From Auanema rhodensis (taxonomy: Eukaryota > Animalia > Nematoda): a stretch of 64,000 bases of DNA. A model generated the notes under the pieces. That model was given only the letters and a program-made list of their open reading frames with translations, was not told the origin of the DNA and searched no databases. The stretch is from positions 15,872,001 to 15,936,000 of the forward strand of contig OZ059894.1 in assembly GCA_964057225.1 (NCBI GenBank), in the 5' to 3' direction. The position numbers and the translations under genes are program-made. Below, piece after piece: positions 10,924-23,753 of the stretch (the stretch's first letter is position 1; each line of letters opens with the position of its first letter).

Positions 10924-13900
10924 CCATCGTGTTCATAGCCTAAACTTTTTTGTGAACATTCTTTTGGATAGGCTCGATATAAACCCTTTTTCCGGAAAAA
11001 ACAGAGCTTCTAGCCAAATTTCAATGAAAAATTCAGATTCTACAGATTTCATTACCTAACTTATTTATATTTTTAATTGGATAATTTTCATAATCGAGGA
11101 GAAAAAGCGAGAATCACCGGGCCCATCGTGTTCACAGCCTAAACTTTTTTGTGAACATTCTTTTGGATAGGCTCGATATAAACCCTTTTTCCGGAAAAAA
11201 CAGAGCTTCTAGCCAAATTTCAATGAAAAATTCAGATTCTACAGATTTCATTACCTAACTTATTTATATTTTTAATTGGATAATTTTTCATAATCGAGGA
11301 GAAAAAGCGAGAATCACCGGTCCCATCGTGTTCACAGCCTAAACTTTTTTGTGAACATTCTTTTGGATAGGCTCGATATAAACCCTTTTTCCGGAAAAAA
11401 CAGAGCTTCTAGCCAAATTTCAATGAAAAATTCAGATTCTACAGATTTCATTACCTAACTTATTTATATTTTTAATTGGATAATTTTTCATAATCGAGGA
11501 GAAAAAGCGAGAATCACCGGTCCCATCGTGTTCACAGCCTAAACTTTTTTGTGAACATTCTTTTGGATAGGCTCGATATAAACCCTTTTTCCGGAAAAAA
11601 CAGAGCTTCTAGCCAAATTTCAATGAAAAATTCAGATTCTACAGATTTCATTACCTAACTTATTTATATTTTTAATTGGATAATTTTTCATAATCGAGGA
11701 GAAAAAGCGAGAATCACCGGTCCCATCGTGTTCACAGCCTAAACTTTTTTGTGAACATTCTTTTGGATAGGCTCGATATAAACCCTTTTTCCGGAAAAAA
11801 CAGAGCTTCTAGCCAAATTTCAATGAAAAATTCAGATTCTACAGATTTCATTACCTAACTTATTTATATTTTTAATTGGATAATTTTCATAATCGAGGAG
11901 AAAAAGCGAGAATCACCGGTCCCATCGTGTTCACAGCCTAAACTTTTTTGTGAACATTCTTTTGGATAGGCTCGATATAAACCCTTTTTCCGGAAAAAAC
12001 AGAGCTTCTAGCCAAATTTCAATGAAAAATTCAGATTCTACAGATTTCATTACCTAACTTATTTATATTTTTAATTGGATAATTTTCATAATCGAGGAGA
12101 AAAAGCGAGAATCACCGGTCCCATCGTGTTCACAGCCTAAACTTTTTTGTGAACATTCTTTTGGATAGGCTCGATATAAACCCTTTTTCCGGAAAAAACA
12201 GAGCTTCTAGCCAAATTTCAATGAAAAATTCAGATTCTACAGATTTCATTACCTAACTTATTTATATTTTTAATTGGATAATTTTTCATAATCGAGGAGA
12301 AAAAGCGAGAATCACCGGTCCCATCGTGTTCACAGCCTAAACTTTTTTGTGAACATTCTTTTGGATAGGCTCGATATAAATCCTTTTTCCGGAAAAAACA
12401 GAGCTTCTAGCCAAATTTCAATGAAAAATTCAGATTCTACAGATTTCATTACCTAACTTATTTATATTTTTAATTGGATAATTTTTCATAATCGAGGAGA
12501 AAAAGCGAGAATCACCGGTCCCATCGTGTTCACAGCCTAAACTTTTTTGTGAACATTCTTTTAGATAGGCTCGATATAAATCCTTTTTCCGGAAAAAACA
12601 GAGCTTCTAGCCAAATTTCAATGAAAAATTCAGATTCTACAGATTTCATTACCTAACTTATTTATATTTTTAATTGGATAATTTTCATAATCGAGGAGAA
12701 AAAGCGAGAATCACCGGTCCCATCGTGTTCACAGCCTAAACTTTTTTGTGAACATTCTTTTGGATAGGCTCGATATAAACCCTTTTTCCGGAAAAAACAG
12801 AGCTTCTAGCCAAATTTCAATGAAAAATTCAGATTCTACAGATTTCATTACCTAACTTATTTATATTTTTAATTGGATAATTTTCATAATCGAGGAGAAA
12901 AAGCGAGAATCACCGGTCCCATCGTGTTCACAGCCTAAACTTTTTTGTGAACATTCTTTTGGATAGGCTCGATATAAACCCTTTTTCCGGAAAAAACAGA
13001 GCTTCTAGCCAAATTTCAATGAAAAATTCAGATTCTACAGATTTCATTACCTAACTTATTTATATTTTTAATTGGATAATTTTCATAATCGAGGAGAAAA
13101 AGCGAGAATCACCGGTCCCATCGTGTTCACAGCCTAAACTTTTTTGTGAACATTCTTTTGGATAGGCTCGATATAAACCCTTTTTCCGGAAAAAACAGAG
13201 CTTCTAGCCAAATTTCAATGAAAAATTCAGATTCTACAGATTTCATTACCTAACTTATTTATATTTTTAATTGGATAATTTTTCATAATCGAGGAGAAAA
13301 AGCGAGAATCACCGGTCCCATCGTGTTCACAGCCTAAACTTTTTTGTGAACATTCTTTTGGATAGGCTCGATATAAATCCTTTTTCCGGAAAAAACAGAG
13401 CTTCTAGCCAAATTTCAATGAAAAATTCAGATTCTACAGATTTCATTACCTAACTTATTTATATTTTTAATTGGATAATTTTTCATAATCGAGGAGAAAA
13501 AGCGAGAATCACCGGTCCCATCGTGTTCACAGCCTAAACTTTTTTGTGAACATTCTTTTAGATAGGCTCGATATAAATCCTTTTTCCGGAAAAAACAGAG
13601 CTTCTAGCCAAATTTCAATGAAAAATTCAGATTCTACAGATTTCATTACCTAACTTATTTATATTTTTAATTGGATAATTTTCATAATCGAGGAGAAAAA
13701 GCGAGAATCACCGGTCCCATCGTGTTCACAGCCTAAACTTTTTTGTGAACATTCTTTTGGATAGGCTCGATATAAACCCTTTTTCCGGAAAAAACAGAGC
13801 TTCTAGCCAAATTTCAATGAAAAATTCAGATTCTACAGATTTCATTACCTAACTTATTTATATTTTTAATTGGATAATTTTTCATAATCGAGGAGAAAAA

Positions 13901-16427
13901 GCGAGAATCACCGGTCCCATCGTGTTCACAGCCTAAACTTTTTTGTGAACATTCTTTTGGATAGGCTCGATATAAACCCTTTTTCCGGAAAAAACAGAGC
14001 TTCTAGCCAAATTTCAATGAAAAATTCAGATTCTACAGATTTCATTACCTAACTTATTTATATTTTTAATTGGATAATTTTTCATAATCGAGGAGAAAAA
14101 GCGAGAATCACCGGTCCCATCGTGTTCACAGCCTAAACTTTTTTGTGAACATTCTTTTGGATAGGCTCGATATAAATCCTTTTTCCGGAAAAAACAGAGC
14201 TTCTAGCCAAATTTCAATGAAAAATTCAGATTCTACAGATTTCATTACCTAACTTATTTATATTTTTAATTGGATAATTTTTCATAATCGAGGAGAAAAA
14301 GCGAGAATCACCGGTCCCATCGTGTTCACAGCCTAAACTTTTTTGTGAACATTCTTTTAGATAGGCTCGATATAAATCCTTTTTCCGGAAAAAACAGAGC
14401 TTCTAGCCAAATTTCAATGAAAAATTCAGATTCTACAGATTTCATTACCTAACTTATTTATATTTTTAATTGGATAATTTTCATAATCGAGGAGAAAAAG
14501 CGAGAATCACCGGTCCCATCGTGTTCACAGCCTAAACTTTTTTGTGAACATTCTTTTGGATAGGCTCGATATAAACCCTTTTTCCGGAAAAAACAGAGCT
14601 TCTAGCCAAATTTCAATGAAAAATTCAGATTCTACAGATTTCATTACCTAACTTATTTATATTTTTAATTGGATAATTTTCATAATCGAGGAGAAAAAGC
14701 GAGAATCACCGGTCCCATCGTGTTCACAGCCTAAACTTTTTTGTGAACATTCTTTTGGATAGGCTCGATATAAACCCTTTTTCCGGAAAAAACAGAGCTT
14801 CTAGCCAAATTTCAATGAAAAATTCAGATTCTACAGATTTCATTACCTAACTTATTTATATTTTTAATTGGATAATTTTCATAATCGAGGAGAAAAAGCG
14901 AGAATCACCGGTCCCATCGTGTTCACAGCCTAAACTTTTTTGTGAACATTCTTTTGGATAGGCTCGATATAAACCCTTTTTCCGGAAAAAACAGAGCTTC
15001 TAGCCAAATTTCAATGAAAAATTCAGATTCTACAGATTTCATTACCTAACTTATTTATATTTTTAATTGGATAATTTTTCATAATCGAGGAGAAAAAGCG
15101 AGAATCACCGGTCCCATCGTGTTCACAGCCTAAACTTTTTTGTGAACATTCTTTTGGATAGGCTCGATATAAATCCTTTTTCCGGAAAAAACAGAGCTTC
15201 TAGCCAAATTTCAATGAAAAATTCAGATTCTACAGATTTCATTACCTAACTTATTTATATTTTTAATTGGATAATTTTTCATAATCGAGGAGAAAAAGCG
15301 AGAATCACCGGTCCCATCGTGTTCACAGCCTAAACTTTTTTGTGAACATTCTTTTAGATAGGCTCGATATAAATCCTTTTTCCGGAAAAAACAGAGCTTC
15401 TAGCCAAATTTCAATGAAAAATTCAGATTCTACAGATTTCATTACCTAACTTATTTATATTTTTAATTGGATAATTTTCATAATCGAGGAGAAAAAGCGA
15501 GAATCACCGGTCCCATCGTGTTCACAGCCTAAACTTTTTTGTGAACATTCTTTTGGATAGGCTCGATATAAACCCTTTTTCCGGAAAAAACAGAGCTTCT
15601 AGCCAAATTTCAATGAAAAATTCAGATTCTACAGATTTCATTACCTAACTTATTTATATTTTTAATTGGATAATTTTTCATAATCGAGGAGAAAAAGCGA
15701 GAATCACCGGTCCCATCGTGTTCACAGCCTAAACTTTTTTGTGAACATTCTTTTGGATAGGCTCGATATAAACCCTTTTTCCGGAAAAAACAGAGCTTCT
15801 AGCCAAATTTCAATGAAAAATTCAGATTCTACAGATTTCATTACCTAACTTATTTATATTTTTAATTGGATAATTTTCATAATCGAGGAGAAAAAGCGAG
15901 AATCACCGGTCCCATCGTGTTCACAGCCTAAACTTTTTTGTGAACATTCTTTTGGATAGGCTCGATATAAACCCTTTTTCCGGAAAAAACAGAGCTTCTA
16001 GCCAAATTTCAATGAAAAATTCAGATTCTACAGATTTCATTACCTAACTTATTTATATTTTTAATTGGATAATTTTCATAATCGAGGAGAAAAAGCGAGA
16101 ATCACCGGTCCCATCGTGTTCACAGCCTAAACTTTTTTGTGAACATTCTTTTGGATAGGCTCGATATAAACCCTTTTTCCGGAAAAAACAGAGCTTCTAG
16201 CCAAATTTCAATGAAAAATTCAGATTCTACAGATTTCATTACCTAACTTATTTATATTTTTAATTGGATAATTTTTCATAATCGAGGAGAAAAAGCGAGA
16301 ATCACCGGTCCCATCGTGTTCACAGCCTAAACTTTTTTGTGAACATTCTTTTGGATAGGCTCGATATAAACCCTTTTTCCGGAAAAAACAGAGCTTCTAG
16401 CCAAATTTCAATGAAAAATTCAGATTA
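10924..16427. repeat. Tandem satellite array, 199/200-bp unit, 27 full copies plus one partial
   Basis: Unit CCATCGTGTTCACAGCCTAAAC...GAGAATCACCGGTC starts at 10924, 11123, 11323 ... 16111, 16311. Copies differ only by a T4/T5 indel and a few SNPs. Confidence 0.99.
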
Positions 16428-19400
16428 GTTTAATAAGAGTATGATAACAGTTCATTTGGTAACACAAATTCATCCAGGCGTGAACATATTTTCATTATAA
16501 AAAAATTTTTAAATTGCTAGGTATACTTATACTTTCTTATCGATTATGCGTAATAACAGATCAAGTATTCTTATAAAAAAAGTAAATAAAAGCTCAAATT
16601 GAAGACAAGGAGAGAAACCCTTGTAATTTAAATGTTAAAATGTTTTTTCTTGATTGAGAAACAAACAGAAAATCTGATGATGTCGTACATCTGTCTTAGT
16701 ATTTCTTTGCGTGTCTTCAGATGAAAAGAATCTAAGCATAGCAATTGCTGTTCACAGAAAACATCTGTCTATGACCTTTTATGGTTACAATTGGTCTGTT
16801 AAATGACAATAAATAGCTATGTAAATGACACGAAATATTTGGTTAGTTAATCATTCAATTCAACACATAAAAACAATAAATATACATAATATTATTAATA
16901 TTCTGTTAATTTATTTATAATTTATTATAAATGATTATTGAAACTTTATAATTTTTCTTATTTAAATAAGAAAAAAGAAATTATTTCAAATCTAAAATAT
17001 TTGTTTTAAAACTATTTTTATGGAAATTGAAATTCACCTACTGACCATTAATTAATTTTCTGATCTCGATTGTAGCTTTGTTACTGAGAATTTGAACTTA
17101 AGTTGTAATTTACATTTATTTCTGTTTTAATGAACTGAGTCATTTCAAAGTCAAGTCATATTCTAGAAAGGAATTGCCTTGCTTTCTTAATAAAGTGATT
17201 TCTCGTCATTTAGGTTGAAAAGTTCATCGGTGTCTTCTGAATCCTCTTATAGTTTTTCCTTCATAGATTCTCTGTAATACTACTTTCAAATCAAATTTAC
17301 AAAAAAAATATTGATCAAATCTTTATTACTTTAGGGGGTTAACAGCAACAAACTACCAGGAAGGGAATCTGAGTTACAGTAATCTTAAGATGAAGTAACC
17401 TACAGAAACTTTTTGTAATTTGTAATGTTTCCCTGTTTACTCTTTATAACACTTCATTTGACTCTACTCAAAAGCTTTCGAAGGTCAACGAGCTGACCAG
17501 ATGAAAATGAGTTGATGTTAATCGTCAAGAGATAGGGAAATAGACTGGTAATTGTTATTTGCCTTTTGAAATGTTCGTTTGTTCGTTGTTGTGGTCGTTT
17601 TCAGTATGAACTGCAGCTGCTTCAGACCGATAGTCGGCATAACGTCGCTTCTCTCTTCATTGCCTTTATGTTTCTGTGTTCCATTGCTCTATTCTCACAG
17701 TGCGAACGGCCTTAAAAGGAATGGAAAAGAGGATTAGAAAGAAGAATTATGACTGAATGTCAGAAGAAAAGCTAGAAAGTATATAAAATTTTCCAAAAGA
17801 GATAATAGCTCAAAAGAGAGAGAGATAGAGGGAGGAGCTAAGAGAATAAGAGAAAAGAGAAACAGCAGCTGATGATGATCAACAAGTAGATCTGTCTCTT
17901 CTTCTCACATAGAAGATGTCAAAACCTCATAACCCTATATAGATTCAAATGTCATCGTGAATAACAACAGCAACAAGTAAACAATTATCAAGATCATCAA
18001 CAATTGTCATCAACATGCTTCAGAATACCTTCTTAACTTAAGCTTATTAAAATGTTTTGAAGGCCTTTTCGAGGTCAGCTTAATTAGAATAGAAAAGATC
18101 AATTGTCCTCTATAATATATGAAATTCAAAGCTAATTTCAATGATTTTAGAACAACTTTCACAATAAGATTCATAAGCTTTTATGTTCAAAAGATTTTCA
18201 TATTCCATGAATATTTTTAAAGAAATTATGTTGCACTTTATGCAACTTATGCAACTTATTATATTATAACTTTAAATTTATATTAATATATTATCTATAT
18301 AACTATATATAATATAATAAGTCTTATTATATAATTGTCTTTTTACCAAATACAGTGACTTGCCCAAAACAACTGGTCATCTGAAACATTTGAAGAAAAA
18401 ATGAAAATGACATGGTTCGGGGTGAAGAACATGTAATAACATTCTGACAGATAAAACAAATAATTTTGTCAGTTTCTTTACATTCTGTGACAGTTTTTGT
18501 CCAGATGGTATCGTATATCATAATTGTTGGCAATATGTCAGAAATATCTCATTTTTCATGACTATGTTTTAGATTCATTTCATATACATATATGGTATGG
18601 TTATGAACAATTCATCTCATTTAGGATACCGGTCATCATCATGTTAACACAAAATTATAAATGTTCTGTCATATGTTATAACATATAACATACATATATA
18701 GTATATATACATGTATATTTCATTATTAGAAATAGTATACTATATTAAATTTTTAACTATGTGTATGTACTCATAGATAACGAAATTCTATTTTTTTTCT
18801 ATATATTACTAACTTTATATGAATCATTATTACATAATTCTTTATATATGTATATTTTTTACATGATTATCAGATTTATCATAAACTTTCTCATCAAAGT
18901 TTTAAGATAATATTGTTTATAATTGAATTTACTGTATTATACACATAATTAAGATTAACAATTATTGAAAGATTTTTTTTAAATTCCTTATTCCCTATAA
19001 CATGAAACATAAGTAAGCGTTCAAGTAAACATACATAAGGCAGTGTGCCTTTGAAAGTAGATAGATCTCTATAGGAAAGAGCTGCATGACACAAATAATG
19101 AATAAATAATGTGAAACACGGCTAATACAACATACGGTAATGGCAAAATATGCCAATCAAAACTCTCGTTCAATCCAATTCCTATCTATGGATTGTCATT
19201 TTGACACATAACCTGAAATGCCTTTTAAAAGCTTCTAATATGTAAAAGTTGGCGATGTCTATTTTGCATGAAAATATGTTTTTTCCACATTTTTCAAAAA
19301 AATATTTTTTACGTTTTGCTGTATTACTGTCAATCAAATTTTGTTTTTCCCTAATTTGCTTTGAAAAAAAAAAGAAAAAATTGAAAAATGAATATTTGTA

Positions 19401-19721
19401 TTTGAATTCATTATTCTGATCTTTGTCGTGCGTTTGCCTCCTATATCTTTTAAGTTACAACTTTCAGCAGAATTTAATTTCACGAACATGTATCTCTTTT
19501 CCACCACTTTCCCAGCAACAGTCTCCACGCAAGAATCATCGTTGTCAGGAGCTCACTCCAGATGTTCAGTGCTCAACGTCAGGTTTTTTTTGATTTCTTT
19601 TTTTTCTTTGTCGTATTTGGCGCACCGCCTGGTACCGCCGTGAATTTGGCCTGTTCATCCGGAAGGTATAGATTGTGTTTGTAAATGACTTAATTACCCA
19701 TTAAACACAGAATATGGGAAT

Positions 19722-19735
19722 GTTGCGATGGCAAC
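19722..19735. promoter_or_regulatory. X-box-like (RFX/DAF-19) site
   Basis: GTTGCGATGGCAAC, one mismatch from the palindrome GTTGCCATGGCAAC, about 4 kb upstream of egl-46. Confidence 0.45.
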
Positions 19736-22700
19736 GAGATGCCAAACAGATGAGATGAACTGTGGCGACAGTCAGAAGACGTTTACTCCTCATGAACAAG
19801 ATGATGAACATGCTCGTAACAGCTATATTTCGTTTTCAGAATAACTGAATAAATGAAGCATTACAATGTGAATGATGACAGGAGGATAGCATCCACAAAG
19901 AATAGGATGTCGAGAGAACACGAACAAATGAGCGTGAGAGAGAGACAGAGGGGGGAATATAGAATAAAACTGTAGACGTGCATACGTAGATACATCATAT
20001 ATGGCTATTAGAGCCAAACGAATACGAGAACATGGCCTCAGATGACCTCCTGTTAACTACGTTGTCTCGACAACAGATGGATGAATTCCGTGGTGAGACC
20101 AGCTGTCTACAGTATTCACAATAAGCCTCTCCTAGATGTCTTTTATGGTATATAGTCACTTTATAACCATACTTAACTGTATGTATGTCTGATATCTCTT
20201 TGCAGCTCACAGTATTTGCTTGATATCAAGATTTCTTGTAATTTGCTGCTCCACTTGAGATGAGTATGAGGGAAATTGAGTAGCTGGTTTATCAATAAGC
20301 TGTTGACACCACACAGTTTCATCGGCTTTAATATCATTATTTACTTACATGATGTACTTAACACAAGCATTTCCTCTTTAAACCAGATGGCAAGACATCT
20401 TCGTTTTCATCTTGAATAGAAGTTATTATCCGAACTTTTCATATCAGCCCAAAGAGTATTCAACTCTATCGGGCCAAGTTCAAAGTTGCCATGTAGATTG
20501 AAAAGATTTTGCAGGTGAAAATGCATAAACAGGAAATTTACTCAATGAATGCACTTCTCGCTTTAATTTAATTTACATTAGACAGAAGCCATAAGTTCTT
20601 GCTTCCTGTTTCCCTCATTTTCTCTGAATGCAGCAGCGCAGTTGCCATTTTGCGCCAGACGTTCAACCTAATGTTCGAAACGGTATGGATCTCCTTGAAA
20701 TTACTAGAATTATGTTGGTCATTGGGTTATTTCCCGAAAAAGGAACGAATAGAAACAGGCTATTTGGTCATCCCTGCAAGGCAAAATGACAGCTGAACGC
20801 TTTTCTGACTCGTCTCCAGTCATGCCATTTCACGCATTTTAACCAACATGGAGAAGGAGAATGAAGGGGAATGAATTGTCAAAAAGAATGCGAAAAGGAG
20901 AGAAAAACTGAACGTCATGAAGAGATAGAGAGAGAAAAAGTGAAATAGGGTAAGGCAGATGGTATGGACAGGTGGTGGTCCTGCTGCTGCCACCGAAAAA
21001 GGTCATATAGGGTCAATCCCGAGACAGAGCAGTAACTCATCCGAGCAGATAATGAGCACTAACCATAAAAATCTAGGAGAATTTAGAGAAATCTACAGAT
21101 GTGACCAGATGAATTCAATTTTTTTAATATGAGAATGAGTAAGAGGATAATTCTGCTTAATTAGTAGTATATGAATGCTTTTACCTCTCATAAAATAAAT
21201 ATTTATAAATTATAAGAACAATTATATAAAGGTAAATATAAAAAAATAATGATTAAACATATAAAATTATATAAAAATATTATAATTACCCAAATTAAGC
21301 TGTGAATATATTCTGAATTGTTCCAGCTTTAAAGACTTCTCATTAGATGTCAAGATTTGAATTTAGCTTATATGCATTATATTCACAAAACTTCTTTTTT
21401 TTTTACTTAACTATGCCATAACTATGATGTTCACAGCATTATACTGTATATTAATTATATAAATTAAGAAAAAAAAAGTATCAAATGACATCATACGATT
21501 ATTCAAGTACTATACTATCTATCTATAGTTTATATCCTATTCGATGAGGTTTTTAAGATTTTCTCTTGCAGTTTGTATGATTTCAAGAGCAACCATGATG
21601 ATCCTAAGTAGGCCTTGTGCCTCTCCTTGTCTTAATTGGATATTCGTTTCTCATCTGCACCAAAACTCAATAACATGATCAGATACCATTTAGAAGAGAA
21701 ACAGCTGATGATTTTCCCATCTTACTTGAAACTCAAAATACCATTTTCATACCATAATAGTAATAATATAAATAGTTATTAATTGAATTATATTTAACTA
21801 TATTATATATAGTATATACTTGACTATATTTTATTTTACTATTTATTGTTTTAATGAATATGGTATAGTAATAGAAGTACTTACACCATATTCATTGTAT
21901 TTTTTTTCTGTTGATGGTATCTATTCGAAGAAATTCCTCTTCATCATCTCAATTTTCAATCTCAAGTACTTTTGTATATTGTTGTCTAATTACAGGTTTT
22001 ACCTCATTCTTTACATTTTACCAGATGACGGCCTAATTATAAAATTGTTAATTATTTTACATATAACGTAGTGTAAACTCGAAATCACTTTAGTAGATTT
22101 ACTCAAAATTTTAAAGATTTTTAGTAAATTCTGAAAATGAAGTAGTTGAATAGCATTTTCTTTAATATTAACTAAGAAAAACGATTTTCAGGGTTTCTCT
22201 AGATAGGTAGAACAATATCACGTTTTGCGTGTATATGCTAATAACATTTCTTGCAAATCAGACGTGTTCTTCATTTTGCAAGTAACATGTTTGTGATGCG
22301 GTTGCTTTTTCTATATATATGTCTGTTTTTAATAGAGATTTAGGGTAAAAATAACGAGATTTTGAATTCATTTCTAACAGGTACGGTATTCAATTGTTTT
22401 TTATAAATTATTTATTTATCAATATACTAGATAAGCTTTTTATTCATATATATATATGTATATGTAGGTTTCTATTCATGTGTGATTTTGTTTTAAATAT
22501 CTTAAGCTGCATACCTTAAGCTGTACAAGCTGTTCTTCTCAAGCTTACTAAGGGGGCGGGTACACATCTGGTCATATATGATCATGGTCCTCTCCACCCC
22601 CTCCTCCACCTCCTTCCTCATCCATTCGAGAGGTGGGACTGCAGCTGCTACTCCCCATGTTCGGATCGTGGCAGCCGTTCTCTTCATTTCCTCATTTTCT

Positions 22701-23753
22701 ATCGTTAGCTCTTCTTCTGCTGTTCACCTTATTAACTGCTTTGCCTAAGCAACGGCAACAAAGGTTCAACGGCTAAAGCTTCCCTTATAAATCGTCTTGT
22801 ATTTCTGTTTTTAGCTGATATAAGAACGGTGTTGAATAGAAATAATATTTCATCATTATACTTTATCTTAACTATGTATATTTATAAATTATATTAACAA
22901 TATCATTAACTGTATGCGTATTACTGTATTATTAGTATAGTTATTTAATCTCCTTGATGACCCTGTATGACCGTATGTGCCCCCCGAGAAGGAGAGTAAG
23001 ACACCTGTCCTCTTTTCTATGAAGAGATTTCTGCTCCATCAGTATGATTTTGAGACCATAATTAAGCGATAAGTGACCTTTTCTTGTGCAAATTGTTAGT
23101 AAACTATCACATCTGCTCCCGTTCTCTTGCTTTAAAACTTCTAGTTCTTCAGTACAGTTTACCTCACATCTCCAATATCATAGTGAACTAGAGATGAAAT
23201 TTTCCTTCTATTTCCATTATCAAATCATCAATTTTGAAATAAAAGAAATAAAAATCTGTCATTCTTCTATGTATATCAATCATATTAACGAATCTACGTA
23301 GATTGTTCACAATCATTTTGACTCATAATACTACAATTCTTTTATATCTTTTTTCAAATTCAATTTTGCAAATATTTTCATGTCTACAACATGCATATTC
23401 TCTCACTCGTCCTCCTACCTCATTTTTAATTTGTTCATTTTATATCAAAGCTTTCCTTCATATTAAAGTTTTTAAAATTATTTCCTTGTAAACTTTGATG
23501 GCATATTTTTCATTGTTGCTCATTCTTTCGTGTCTGAAAATATCTTTAATTCTTGGGAAGTTTATAACAGATATAACCTACACATTCAGCCTATTATATC
23601 AATTATTCGTATTTGATTCAGATAAATTTAAAATTATTTATTTCAAATAATCATTTGTAATTCATTCTTCCGTCCTCCATCTAATCTCTTTATGTTGCCT
23701 TGTTGAAGAAACAAAGTGTTTCTAATTACTATTATTTTAGGAAAACTTCAACA

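Noticed and set aside
10924-16427. CRISPR-like array or coding repeat
   Set aside because: Units are near-identical end to end with no unique spacers and no ORF, in a eukaryotic context.
18327-23491. Short ORFs upstream of egl-46
   Set aside because: Low-complexity AT-biased translations with no exon structure; the region looks regulatory.
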